A stretch of DNA of 64,000 nucleotides. Origin: Felis catus. Lineage: Eukaryota. The stretch is from NCBI RefSeq assembly GCF_018350175.1, contig NC_058379.1:38130001-38194000 (forward strand), given 5' to 3'. The position numbers and the translations under genes were made by a program. Position 1 is the stretch's first letter. The number at the start of each line of letters is the position of its first letter. Under the pieces are notes generated by a model. That model was not told where the DNA came from. It saw only the letters and a program-made list of their open reading frames with translations, and did no database searches. Below are positions 49,227-60,733 of the stretch, in pieces.

Positions 49227-50283
49227 ATCCATTGACCTATTTTTAAGTTTACAATTTTTTCTGGCTGCTCAAATCTGTTCTTTAATCCCTCCAGCAATTT
49301 TTTTCATTTTAGTTATTGTACGTTTCAGGTTCAGGATTTCTTTTTAGTTCCTTTTTGATTTCTGTCTCATTATTGATTTTTTTCATTTTGTTTATACATT
49401 GTTTTCTTGACTTTATCCCTGTCTTCCTTTAGCTCTTTGAGCATCTTTAAGAAATTTTTTCAGTGTCTTTTTCTAGTAAGTCTGTCATCTGGCCTTAGGG
49501 ACATTTCCTATTTGTTTTCTCTGGATGGGTCATATTTTCCTATTTCTTTGTATACCTTGTAATTACTTTGTTGTTGAACACTGGACATTCGAATCTTATG
49601 ATATCTCTATTAATCAGAATTTCCCCGTTACCTAAGGTTTGCTGTTCTGTTTTTGTGTTTAATTGCTGTAGGGTGTTTCTGTACTGGAGATCAGACTGAA
49701 GTGTCAACTTAAGGCCTTTTCAGGTCTTTTCTGAGCCTGGATTTTACCCCAGGCATGTTATAAATTCTCTTTTCTATGCAATTGCTTTTGGATGTCTTAA
49801 TCCTCAAATTTCTTCCAAAAGGGGAGAGGGGATAAAATTTTAAGGCATGGTTTCTTTAAATATCTGGAAGCCACTTCAGCCAGTGGGATTTCAACAACAG
49901 AATCTGCCTCGGTGCCTGTACTTCCACAGTCAGAAGCAGTAATCAGTTATCACCACATGGCTCCTTGATATTTGGTGGACAAGGTCCTTATTGCCTACCC
50001 TGACTCCTTCAAGTCACATGCAAGCCACTCCAGGAATGTGGGCTCAGCTGCCCAGGACCAGGCCGGAGGGTGGGAAATGAGTAGCTACTGCCACACTAAT
50101 AGCTGAAGCTGACCCAAACTCACAGTGATTTGCTGACTAAGCCTTCCCCTGGAAGGTAGAAGTCTTCAAATCGGTTCCAGAGCTCTAAAACTGTTTCAGG
50201 CAGAGTCTGCTGGTGCAAGCGCCATCTGGATGAAGCAATGGACTCCTGGCACTTCCTACCCACCATCTTCCCCGATGTCACTC

Positions 50284-51720
50284 CTGTGTTCTGTTTTTGA
50301 AGGTTTTGAGGAGATATCTGAGGCTCACCTGGCTGCCCAAGTGAGCGTTTACTTGTAAACTCCAGTGACTTTACTAAGACATACCTTGTTGTTGAATTCT
50401 CATTCACCTAAACTGGCACATAGTTTGCCCTTTCAGCATTTCAAGTACGTTCAAGCATATAGGTTCCAAGTGTTCCGGAAAGAGTTGTTTTTATTACTAT
50501 TCAAATATTTGTTTTGTTTCATTATTTCAGTTTTTCCTCAGACATGCTGATTATGCATTTGCTAGATCTCCTTCAATTTCATTTTGCTTGCATTTCTTAT
50601 GTTTGTCTTTTATGTCACTTGCTCAGTATTATAAAAGATTTACTCTTCCTTTCTGCTCCTTCCTGTTTCATCTTCATTCCTATGATGGTTTTATTTTTTT
50701 CTTCTGCTTCTTTCTTGAGTTCTGCCTTTCTTCTTGTCTGTTGCCATCTCTTCCTTGAATTGTTGCATTTCTACTTTGTGTTCATCATAGAGGTACTTGC
50801 TTCACTGAGCTTTGTTTTGCGTTTCTAAATGCATGTCAGCATGTCTCATTACTTTTTGCATCTCCTCAGTGGCTAACATTTTTCCTGCTTGCATTGTTAA
50901 ATTTTTTTAATGCTTATTTATTTTTGAAAAAGAGAGAGACAGAGCATGAACTGGGGGAGAGGCAGAGATAGTGGAGACACAGAATGTGAAGCAGGTCCCA
51001 GGCTCTGAGCTGTCAGCACAGAGCCCGGCGCAGGGTTCGAACTCACAAGCTGTGAGATCATGACCTGAGCCAAAGTGGGACTTGCTTAACTGACTGAGCC
51101 ACCCAGGAGCCCCTTCTGCTTGCATTTTTAAATCTATAATAGCTTCTGTTGGTCTCTTCCACATTTTCCTCATGGGATCTTTGCACAACAGTGTACTAAT
51201 TCTTTTTCTTTTCTTTCTGTTTAGATCATTCATTATTAAATGGGTTGGATTTTCCTGGACTAGCTATTTGCACACCCCTCTACAGTAATGGGAGTTGAGG
51301 GTCAGGCTTCACAACTAAAGATTTTCTTTTTCTTGCCTGACACAGAGACAAATTGCTTACTGCAGATATGGCCCATCTGAATTATTCTTGGTGTAGCTCT
51401 GGTTTCTCTAACTCTGAACTGAGCTGAGTCCCAGAGGGCTTCTTCCACCAGCCCTGCTCACTCCAGGTCCAGGACCCATTTTTCAGAAACGAGGAACATT
51501 CTTTGGTTGGATGCTTACGGAGGTCGTCCACCTCTGGGCCCTTCTTTTCCTCCCTGCCTCTATACAACTGGCAATCACAGTTACTTCTAGCCCCTCTTAC
51601 AGATATATTGGAATCTGGGGAATATGTTTACCTCTAAGTTCCACTGAAAATGGAATCTATGCTGTTCTGTTTGTTTATTTTCTTTGTTCTTTTGTATGGT
51701 TCCATGCTCACAGCCCTGTT
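50284..51720 (-). mobile_element. Ancient L1/HAL1-like 5' part, continuing 41200-44540
   Basis: Resumes 'tttttgaaggttttgaggagatatctgaggctcacctg', the expected continuation after 'ctccactgtcttctag'. T-rich antisense sequence. Right boundary is uncertain. Confidence 0.55.
50903..51113 (-). mobile_element. Feline SINE
   Basis: Ends 'cacccaggagcccc'. TSD CTGCTTGCATT(G/T)TTAAAT. Confidence 0.95.
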
Positions 51721-51774
51721 TCTTACTGATTATCATGTTTCAAATGACTATAATAAACCCACATTCTCTTTTCT

Positions 51775-52455
51775 TTTATTCCATTCAACACATCTTTATT
51801 GAGCCTGACACCTTCTGTTAGGACCATAGGGTGTACACAAGAGAAGTTGTTCTTGTTTAGTGGGGGGTTAGAAATGGAAACAACTGTTATAGACACAAGG
51901 TAACATGGGACAGGTGCTACCTTATGGGTTCAAATAGAGAAGTCTGGGAAAGAGCAAAAGATTCATTTTCTGTGGGAATCAGAAACGTTTTTGGGGCCAG
52001 ATACCTAAACAGTGGGTAATGTTTCAACAAAGAGAAATATGAGGAAAGAGATTCCAGGGGGGCAAAATAGGTAATAAAAAACATAGCACTGGAACAGTGA
52101 AGGCATTTTCAGGACACAGCGGGAAACTGGCTACCCTGGAGTACAGGACACTTTCGAGAAAGAGAGTCACGGAGAAGGGGTGGGTAGACTGAGAGCCCAC
52201 AGTCTTGAGCAGCATGCTAAGGAGTGTCATCCTGGACTTAATGGGAGAGTTTGGGGATGGTTTTAATTCAGTCATTACTTGTTTGTTGTTTTTGTTTTGC
52301 TATGATTTTGGAGAGAATGCAATGGATAGATTGTTGCCAGCGAAAAACGCTGACAGCAAGTTGGAGAAGAGTCAGAAATAGAAGGGCCTGAAGACAAGAG
52401 GCCATTGCGTGCAAATGGTGGCTGAGTAGGATGCTGGTCGTGAGGACAGAATGGG
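51775..52455 (-). mobile_element. LINE-2 3' fragment
   Basis: 'ttattccattcaacacatctttattgagcct...gcatgctaaggagtg...gaggccattgc'. Appears to resume at about 52930-53030. Confidence 0.75.
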
Positions 52456-52459
52456 GAGA

Positions 52460-52900
52460 CAGGCACCAACAGAGTGGACCCTTGCTTACCCATAACAAAG
52501 CCAGACCGAGACCCTCCAAATTCCCATTCTTTGCCCCATAAATGATTGGCTAAACTGGGAACAAGATGCCTCTTAACCAACCTTTGGTTAAGTTTCTCTT
52601 CTTTCCCCAGGCCCCTAAATTTGGCCCACCCTCAGCTCAGCCAGCAGACAGACCCCTCCTTAAGGGCCCTCCTGGCAAACGGGCCCCTCTGAGCCACAGA
52701 CAGAGCTTTTTGCCCTTCCATCCCCTCCCCCACACCCTGTCTTTATAGCCTTGTTTTCTCCCCTCTATGGAAGAAAAACCATTTTTGCCTAACTCTTGAG
52801 ACTTTGCTGATATTATGGTCAGAGTTGCCACCTATTGTGACAATGCCTTCCCCCCTTATAAATAATCTTTTTGAGAAAAAGTCTTTCTTTACCTGTTTTT
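52460..52900 (+). mobile_element. Probable ERV1 solo LTR (MER110/MER90-like), inserted in L2
   Basis: 'ttaaccaacctttggttaagtttctc..ccccaggcccctaaatttggcccaccctcagc..agccagca...gacccctccttaagggccctcct', ending 'aaagtctttctttacc'. Recalled similarity only. Confidence 0.6.
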
Positions 52901-54237
52901 TATTAGTAGTAGTAGTAGTAGTATTACTTGGAAGTACCAAATCATTTAGGATGTAGGGTCAACCAAACCTGGCCACTGATTGGATAAGAGTTTAGAGCTG
53001 GAAGGAGGTGGAAAAGTCAAGCAGGGCAGAGATTTGGGGCCAGAGTGGCCACCATGGCTTTTCAGCTGCTGTTTTGTATCTGTGGTTTAATTGGGTTTGT
53101 TTTTCTCTTGTGGGGAGGGGCAAATTTCTCTGTTTTAACTTGGGAAAGAAAAATACAACTTGGAGAAAAAAATCTTTGTGGTCCTTATGTTTCTAAAATG
53201 CATCTCACCTAAGTTAGTTTTTCTCCCCTTCTTTTAAATCTCCCAACACCAAGCATTCAACTGAGTTGAAATCAGAAGGGAAAATAAAGTTATTAAGTGC
53301 TGTTTTCAATATTGGTGATTTTGGCTTTGCTTCCTTTTATTCACTTATAAGATCCATGAATTCAGTATCCAATAATGCCTAAGACCTACTCCTTGTAAGA
53401 TATCCCTGCTACCCATCGTCCCCACCCCTCAACAGCTTGGCGTCCCCAGCATGCTTTCTGCCACTTTCCAGATTCTTAGTCGTTGGTCTTAAAATGCATA
53501 GCTCCTGGCGTCTTCAGTGTGCTTCATAATCTCCACTTATGTTAATCCACAGCTAATGGAACCATCAGGCCCAGCTCTTGCCCACGGAAAAGCCTCCTCT
53601 GGCCTCCATTGCCAAGGTGATGAAACAGCAGTGCATGGGGCGCAGACCCCAGCACGCCTGAGAAAGCTGCATGAGCGTGTGCGCCCCACAGATGCCTTTC
53701 CTGGGCTTTCATCCAACTCTGTGTTTCTCGGGTGTTTTAGCCCGGACCTGTTTCATACATGAAAATCTCCTGCTCCCTTTAATGGAAACCGAAAATGCAA
53801 AATAACTGAAACAGCGTTGCTTGGAATAAATGGAATCATTGCGCGGCCCCCTCCCTTTCCATGCTCCTCGCCAACCTTGGCCCCTTAGGTTTACATTTTC
53901 CTGTTTCTCAACCTCTCTTTCAGTTTTACTGTGCTTGTTCTCACAGTGTCAGATGTGTCTTTTGAGTCCCCCCTGCTCGCTCTGCTCAGTTCTATGTCTG
54001 CAGAAGTGTGAGGCCTTAGTGACACGGGCGAGACGATTGTCCAGACTTGAGCGAAAACGCAAAGCTAGGTACTCGCTGGATTGCCTAAGAACGTATTTGC
54101 TTTACCTTCTTCACCTTGACTGAATTCTGAGTCCTTATTCTTCTTATTTTCATAAATAAGAAAGGCCATCTTCTAAGTAACTTTTCAAAAATAGCCTATC
54201 CGTGATGTGTTGAATTTTTTTAAAAAACAAATTCTGG

Positions 54238-54460
54238 GGGCGCCTGGGTGGCGCAGTCGGTTGAGCGTCCGACTTCAGCCAGGTCACGATCTCGCGGTCC
54301 ATGGGTTCGAGCCCCGCATCGGGCTCTGGGCTGATGGCTCAGAGCCTGGATCCTGTTTCCGATTCTGTGTCTCCCTCTCTCTCTGCCCCTCCCCCGTTCA
54401 TGCTCTGTCTCTCTCTGTCCCAAAAATAAATAAATGTAGAAAAAAATTAAAAAAAAAAAA
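54238..54460 (+). mobile_element. Young feline SINE (SINEC_Fc-type)
   Basis: Perfect 16-bp TSD AAAAAACAAATTCTGG at 54222-54237 and 54461-54476. Confidence 0.97.
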
Positions 54461-55189
54461 AAAAAACAAATTCTGGATTCTGCCTTCAGCATTCACTCCC
54501 CAGGACCGTAAAGGTGGAGCCTCGTGGAACGCACAGGGGTGAGAAGTTGGGATTTAATCAAATCCAATGAGCCTACTGCTGTTTTATTTTAGAAGTCCTT
54601 GATTGCATCTCTAACTTGCAGTACCCCTGCATGGTGTGGTCACCCCTGTAGAAAGCACAGATGGTGACTGTCAGGCCATGCATCAAACTCAGAGCCCTCC
54701 TGGATGCATTTGTTTTCTCTGGCTGGTGTTGGGAATTCAGCTATTTTCCAACCATTTTTAAATTAGCCTTAAATCTGCTTTTGCAAAACCACACTTCTGG
54801 ATGCACCCTCTTCTCATAATAACAAAGTCTCACTGAATCAGAATGATGAAAGAGAAGCGTATCACACCTGAATGTGAGCTGTTTGTAAAGGCCTGTAAAG
54901 GTGTGCCATCTAAATGTACAGTAAGATCATGATTTTCTTTGTGGAAGAGAAAACTGACTATTTCAAGGCAATTCCAAAGAGCAAAACCGGGGCTAATGGA
55001 TAGAGGTTCAAGGAGGCACTGTTACTTCAACCTAAGGAAAGCCCAGCACGCATTCATGGCCGTGCTGGGGCAGAGCGATTTACCGCATGGCAGGTGACAC
55101 TGCTACCGGAGGTGGCAGGGAGGAGATGGGCTCCTGCCTCAGGAGAAACCCAGAAACCCAGACCCCTTGCCCTCCAAGGGGCCAGCTCA

Positions 55190-55400
55190 GCACCAAGTCT
55201 GAGCCCACACTGCCAGGATCCAAATCCTGCTCCTCCTACTCATTAATTCTGTAACCTCAGGCAACTTACTTAACCCCTCTCTGCCTCAGTTTCCTCACCA
55301 TAATGGGCGTGATAATTTTGAGGAATTAATATATGGAGAAAAAAAAACTTGTAAGTTAGAACAATGAGTTGCAGGTACATAGTAAGTGCCATATGACTGT
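55190..55400 (+). mobile_element. MIR
   Basis: 'tccaaatcctgctcctcctactc..tgtaacctcaggcaacttacttaacccctctctgcctcagtttcctca...gtacatagtaagtgc'. Confidence 0.85.
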
Positions 55401-57190
55401 TTGTTAAATGTAACTAAGGAAAAGATTTTCTAGGATGTCCAAAAGACACCAAGGAAGATCTTTTTTGAATGCCCCCCTGGGTACTAAGCAGTAAACAAGA
55501 TGGACACAGGCCCAGAATCCACACAGCTCACATCTTGTGCTGGAGAAAGTCAGGTACCCAGCCCACAGCCTGGAGAGGGCTCCCATGACAGAAGCCTGAA
55601 GCAGGGGCTTACTGTGGTCCCTAGAACCCAGGGAAAGGGCTGCAGGACCGGGAGCAGGGAGGTGAGGGAGATGTTGGGCTTGTGTTCCTAGAAGGGGAAG
55701 AGGGATGAACGGGAGCAGCTGGGGCCTGATCTTCCTACCAGTATCCTCAGCTGCTGCCGGCATTTTGAGGCTCTGCTGATTTCCTTTAGAGCCATGATTC
55801 TTTACAGCCGCCAACTCGTTCACTCATTCATTCATTCACTTAACTTTATTAATAGGTGAGCGTCTATAATTTTCTAGTGCAAAACATATTTTTTAGTTAG
55901 CCAATAAGTACTTTAATCAGCTGGAAAAGCACATAGAAAATTTTTTGATTGTTGCCAATTCCATTCTTGTGCTATCTGAATAAAAACGATTAGGAAAAAA
56001 ACAGTATTTATTCATGTTGTGTCCTTGTAGAAAATAATGGCTTTAATCACAATGCCACTTTTTAATTATTTTTTCTACATAGGTTGAAATAACCAAAGGA
56101 GTCGTATCATTGTTATTAGGCTGCATAATTTTACAAAACTTTTGTTTGAAGGATCTATCAGTGGAATTATTATTATTTTTTAGTGGGCTATGAATGGTGA
56201 GGCTCTTCTGTTTCAAATGAACAGCTCTGATTATTTCTAAGGATTTCTTGTCCTAAGAAAGTGGAAAAACAGCAAACCTACACAAGCATTAACATGCTCT
56301 GAAACAGGTATCCAGGTAAGCCCATCGTATTTTAGTTTGGAAATAAAGGATGAGATATCAAAAGTTGCTTCACTACATGTAACCGTGGGCATATTCTCTT
56401 CCGGATTCAGTGAAGTGAATCTAAACCCTTGTGGGGTCAGTTTGGGGAGACCTGTATGGCTTGGTGAAATGTGAACATAAAGTGCTCTGAGCCCCTTTCC
56501 TTCTCGCTGAGATTATCCCCAGATCTACCTAGAACATTCTTTCCCTTTGGAGAAAACAAGGGTGGGTCCATGTCTTCTCGGCACAGCACATGTCATTCCT
56601 CTTCTTGGGAGGCCCCAAGCTCCTCCCACTGACAGTGGAAGACCCAGCCCCAGATCCTCCCATGATCCACAATCATCTTCTTGCACACCCTTAAACTCGG
56701 TACGTGATTCTGTCATTGTGTTATTGCATCGCGACAACAAATCCTTTGCACCTCTGCCTTTCCTCCTGGATCGTGAATTCCGTGGGGGCAAAAAATAAGT
56801 CCTGTTGATTTTTCCCTTCCAAGCACCTGGCACTGCTTTGGATGCATGAATATATTGTTGGCCATGTCTAGAGCTCAGAGTGGCGCAGTAGATGCCCCTG
56901 GATAAGAGGGAGGAAGAGGAGTGGAGGTATGAGACAGAGCCCACCAGTGCATGGGAGGAACCAAGCCAAGGATGCCCGCCTCCCAGTCTCCCAGGGGTGG
57001 CCCATTCAGCCCCAGACTGGGACATCCAGTGGTGAATTTCTCAGATGACTTAATATTTTACAGCTAAGCAGAAGTAATTCCCAAAAATTCTAATGTGGCT
57101 AAAGTTGATACATTAAAATTTTATTACAGAGATAGTTAAAGGTGGCTAGCTAAGTAAAGGGTATGTTTTGGTAACTCCTTGCTATTTTAA

Positions 57191-57418
57191 TTAATTAATT
57201 AATTAATTAATTAAAGTTTATTTATCTATTTTGAGAGAGGAAGTACACATTCACAAGTGGGGAAGGGGCAAGGAGAGAGGGAGAAACAGAATCCCAAGCA
57301 GGCTCCACGCTGTCAGCACAGAGCTGGACATGGGGCTCAAACTCATGAACTGTGAGATCATGACCTAAGCTGAGATCAAGAATCAGACGCTTAGCCAACT
57401 GAGCCACACAGGCACCCC
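57191..57418 (-). mobile_element. Can-SINE with (TTAA)n tail
   Basis: Perfect 17-bp TSD ACTCCTTGCTATTTTAA at 57174-57190 and 57419-57435. Confidence 0.96.
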
Positions 57419-57455
57419 ACTCCTTGCTATTTTAAACTTACTTAAAAATGTTTTT

Positions 57456-57656
57456 GGGGTGCCTAGGTGGCTCAGTCGGTTAAGCATCAGACTTCAGCTC
57501 AGGTCATGATCTCACCATCTGTGAGTTCGAGCCCCGTGTCAGGCTCTGTGCTGACAGCTCACAGCCTGGAGCCTGCTTTGGACTCTGTGTCTCCCTCTCT
57601 CTCTGTCCCTCCCCCGCTCACACTCTGTCTCCCTCCCTCAAAAATAAATATTTAAT
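57456..57656 (+). mobile_element. Feline SINE (SINEC_Fc2-like)
   Basis: 'ggggtgcctaggtggctcagtcggttaagc' head and a short tail. Confidence 0.95.
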
Positions 57657-58396
57657 ATAGTGTTGACTGAGGTAGTTCCTTCCTCCTCAAAAAATGTTTT
57701 CACATGCTGGCTGTGATTTTTTTCTTTGTTTTACCTCTATTGTTTTCTTCTTTCCCCTCTCTAGTTACAGAATCATGTAAGTGTGAACATAAGTAAACAG
57801 GTAAATAGAATAGGCAGCTCTTGTGTAGACAGAAGGTATAAGTGTCAAGAGACTAACTGGCAGTGTGACTTGCGGAGAGTGATTTAAAGTCAATCCACAG
57901 AACTTTTAAAGGTCTATTAACCACCAAGCCCTGTACATCTCAGTGACCAAATGAGAGATAGACTCTGCCCTAAAAAAACTTAATATCTATCCAATCCCTT
58001 GGCTAACACGTACTTATTAAGGGCCTTTGTGTGCAAGGCGCTGTGCAAAGCCCTGCGTGTATAGTAACAGAAATGCCCTGGAAGTATTCTTGCACCTGAC
58101 GTCCTGCGTTAGCCAAGCAAAGAGAAGAGGGGAGGGCGTTCAAGGAGGAAAGAACAGCAAGACACCTTCAGGGGACCTACTATGTCTGGGCCATGGGAAT
58201 GGGAGGACAGAGGTGTGAGAGGTCAGAGAAGGAGGGAGGGAGGGAGATGAATACATTAGGGAGGAAGAAAATGCTATTTATTCAATCCCAGGTACCACGA
58301 TTTGTACACGCATGTCCCATTTCATCTTCATGACACCCTGAACTGCTGTTGTCACCTGAAAGGGACCATTGGTGAGCCCTGGAACAGAAGGGTAGC

Positions 58397-58584
58397 NNNN
58401 NNNNNNNNNNNNNNNNNNNNNNNNNNNNNNNNNNNNNNNNNNNNNNNNNNNNNNNNNNNNNNNNNNNNNNNNNNNNNNNNNNNNNNNNNNNNNNNNNNNN
58501 NNNNNNNNNNNNNNNNNNNNNNNNNNNNNNNNNNNNNNNNNNNNNNNNNNNNNNNNNNNNNNNNNNNNNNNNNNNNNNNNNNNN
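58397..58584. other. Assembly gap
   Basis: Run of n. Confidence 0.99.
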
Positions 58585-58669
58585 GGAATTCTCAAGGCAT
58601 CCACTGGACTTTAGGGACTCAGGATGTATAATAATGCTCTAGGTGGAGCTGATGGCTGTCTTTGCTCTC

Positions 58670-58805
58670 TCAGATGAAATGGAATGTTATGGAAAATGAA
58701 ATGTGAGATTCAGAGAGGTTAAGTAACATGCCCAGATCACACAGCTTCCCTCTGCAGTAGTGGAATTGGAACCCGGATCTCTCTGACCCCCAAACCCTTC
58801 CACAA
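58670..58805 (-). mobile_element. MIR
   Basis: 'tgagattcagagaggttaagtaacatgcccagatcacacagct...ggaattggaacccggatctctctgacccca'. Confidence 0.8.
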
Positions 58806-59594
58806 CAGTAGGCTTCAAGCAAAATAAAATAATTCCTATGGCAGAAGTATGCGTTGTTGTGGGAAAATAGGAAGGGTCCTTTATTCCAGCAAGGAAAGAA
58901 CAGGGATAGTGTTTCAGAACACTAATTACCTTCTACCTCCAAAATTACCTTCTACCTTCTACCTCCAAAATGCTGTGGCTCTATAAGTGGTGTCATCCTG
59001 TTAAAGGAAAAGACTCTGGCTTGTATTGTTCATAGCTCTCTACCTTAACTCCCATTTATTTAATACATGTGATATGCTACGATCCGTGCACATAAACAGG
59101 ACTGATAATGACAAAATATAGGGAGAAGAGTATGTTCATTTTCTTACCAACAGTCCTTTTTTTTTTTCCCATAGGGAAACATAATTCTGGGTTTGTGACT
59201 AAATTCCGTTTGTTGGGAGGTGAGGTTGGATTTCACTAAAGCTGGGTGCATTCTTTTCTACAAAATGGTTTCAGTGTATTGTGTTGCAGTGAATCCCCGT
59301 GTGAATTAATAGCAACCAGACATTGCCTTCCCTTTGTTCTCTTGTTTTCTGCAGGTTTATTCCTTGTAAGAAGACACAGGTTTCTTTGGGTAAAAGATTC
59401 TCAGGAATCTATAACTAGGCACTTAAGCAGGAGCAGAGTTGTAAAGCAGTTGCCATTTTAGAAGATTTATTTTGTGCAGCAGAAATAGGAAATTGATAGC
59501 ACAGCACTCAGCAGGACAAGTAACCTTCCTACTTTATGAAACTTAGTTTCTGAACCAGAGCCCTCAGAGGACCTCATCTTAGCAGCCCTCCAGA

Positions 59595-59721
59595 CAGAAG
59601 ATCCAAAGTAGGCTCTGAGCTGTCAGCACAGAGCCCGATGAGGGGCTCGAACTCACAAACCCCAAGATCATGACCTGAGCTGAAGTCGGACATTCAACTG
59701 ACTGAATCACCCAGGTGCCCC
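59595..59721 (-). mobile_element. Feline SINE lacking its 3' half
   Basis: Head and tRNA region are present. There is no CT tract or poly-A. Confidence 0.9.
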
Positions 59722-59739
59722 TATCAAAATAATCTTCTT

Positions 59740-59967
59740 TTTTTTTTTTTTTTTTTTTTTCCAACGTTTATTTTTATTTTTGGGACAGAGAGAGACAGAG
59801 CATGAACGGGGGAGGGGCAGAGAGAGAGGGAGACACAGAATCGGAAACAGGCTCCAGGCTCTGAGCCATCAGCCCAGAGCCTGACGCGGGGCTCGAACTC
59901 ACGGACCGCGAGATCGTGACCTGAGCTGAAGTCGGCCGCTTAACCGACTGCGCCACCCAGGCGCCCC
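59740..59967 (-). mobile_element. Young feline SINE
   Basis: TSD CAAAATAATCTTCTT at 59725-59739 and 59967-59981. Long poly-T. Confidence 0.97.
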
Positions 59968-60432
59968 AAAATAATCTTCTTAAAATCCTACTTTGGTCAT
60001 CTCATTTCCCTGCTTAAACTCCATTCCTGCTCCCGTGGCCAAACAGACCCCAGACCCTTCCAACTGAGTCTCTGCTTATTGCTCATAGCATTCTCTGATG
60101 GCTTCCTGGTTAGAAACTGCAGGCTGACTTCACTGCCACCCGTCCAGATAGCTGGATTTTTTCACCCACCTGAACTGTGAGGCACCCCCCCCTCCACTTG
60201 CCTTGGCTCCTGGTCTGGTCACCCCCACCTCCGGCAGCATCTACCCAAGCTCTTTGCTTGGCCTGGGGTGGGAACTCTCCAAACTGATTCTTCACTCAGT
60301 CACTGAGCAAGTATTTATTGTGCTCCTAGTATGTGCCAGCCATAGTGACAAAAGACCGGGTGTGTCCTCAGGGACAACCAGTCTTACAGTTTCATAGGCC
60401 GTGTGATTATGGCCCACCTCTGTGATTTAAGC

Positions 60433-60584
60433 CTTTGCTTCTCAGTTATGGTCCTTAGACCAATCACAATGGCATGACCTGAGAGCTTGTACTAACTATC
60501 AAATCTCAGCTCCCCCACCATCCATCCTGTATTAACAGTATTCCCACATGAACCGCATTGCACAGCAGAGCGTGAGAAGCTCTG
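60433..60584. mobile_element. MER5A-like MITE
   Basis: 'tgcttctcagttatggtccttagacc..ggcatgacctgagagcttgt..aatctcag...tgagaagctctg'. Confidence 0.65.
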
Positions 60585-60603
60585 CATTAAGGCTCACAGA
60601 GTC

Positions 60604-60733
60604 GGGGTGCATGGGTGGCTCAGTCGGTTAAGTGTCCAACTCTTAATCTTGGCTCAGGTCTTGATCTCAGGGTCATGAGTTTGGGCCCTGCATTAGACTC
60701 TGCACTGGGCCTGAAGCCTACCTTAAAAAAAAA
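60604..60733 (+). mobile_element. Short Can-SINE variant (no CT tract)
   Basis: 'ggggtgcatgggtggctcagtcggttaag...tctgcactgggcctgaagcctaccttaaaaaaaaa'. Confidence 0.9.

Larger units (their letters stand above)
44541..50283 (-). mobile_element. L1MB-type LINE-1 with both termini and internal deletions (3' end L1MB3-like)
   Basis: 3' UTR 'aaatttaccattttaaccatttttaagtacacagttcagtggcattaagtatattcacattgttg'. Endonuclease remnant at about 46900-47085 (LQETHFRPKDKNMLKVKRWENIFH). ORF1 remnants 'INSKRPTLRHTVIKLLKDKDR' and 'EKQKEKRWKKSEQDLRD'. 5' terminus GAGTGACATCGGGGAAGATGG. Confidence 0.85.

Noticed and set aside
55100-55120. CTCF-like ACCGGAGGTGGCAG
   Set aside because: Only the 3' half matches the CTCF consensus.
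57668-57676. TGAGGTAGT, identical to the let-7 5' end
   Set aside because: Only 9 nt match and there is no hairpin, so it is consistent with chance.
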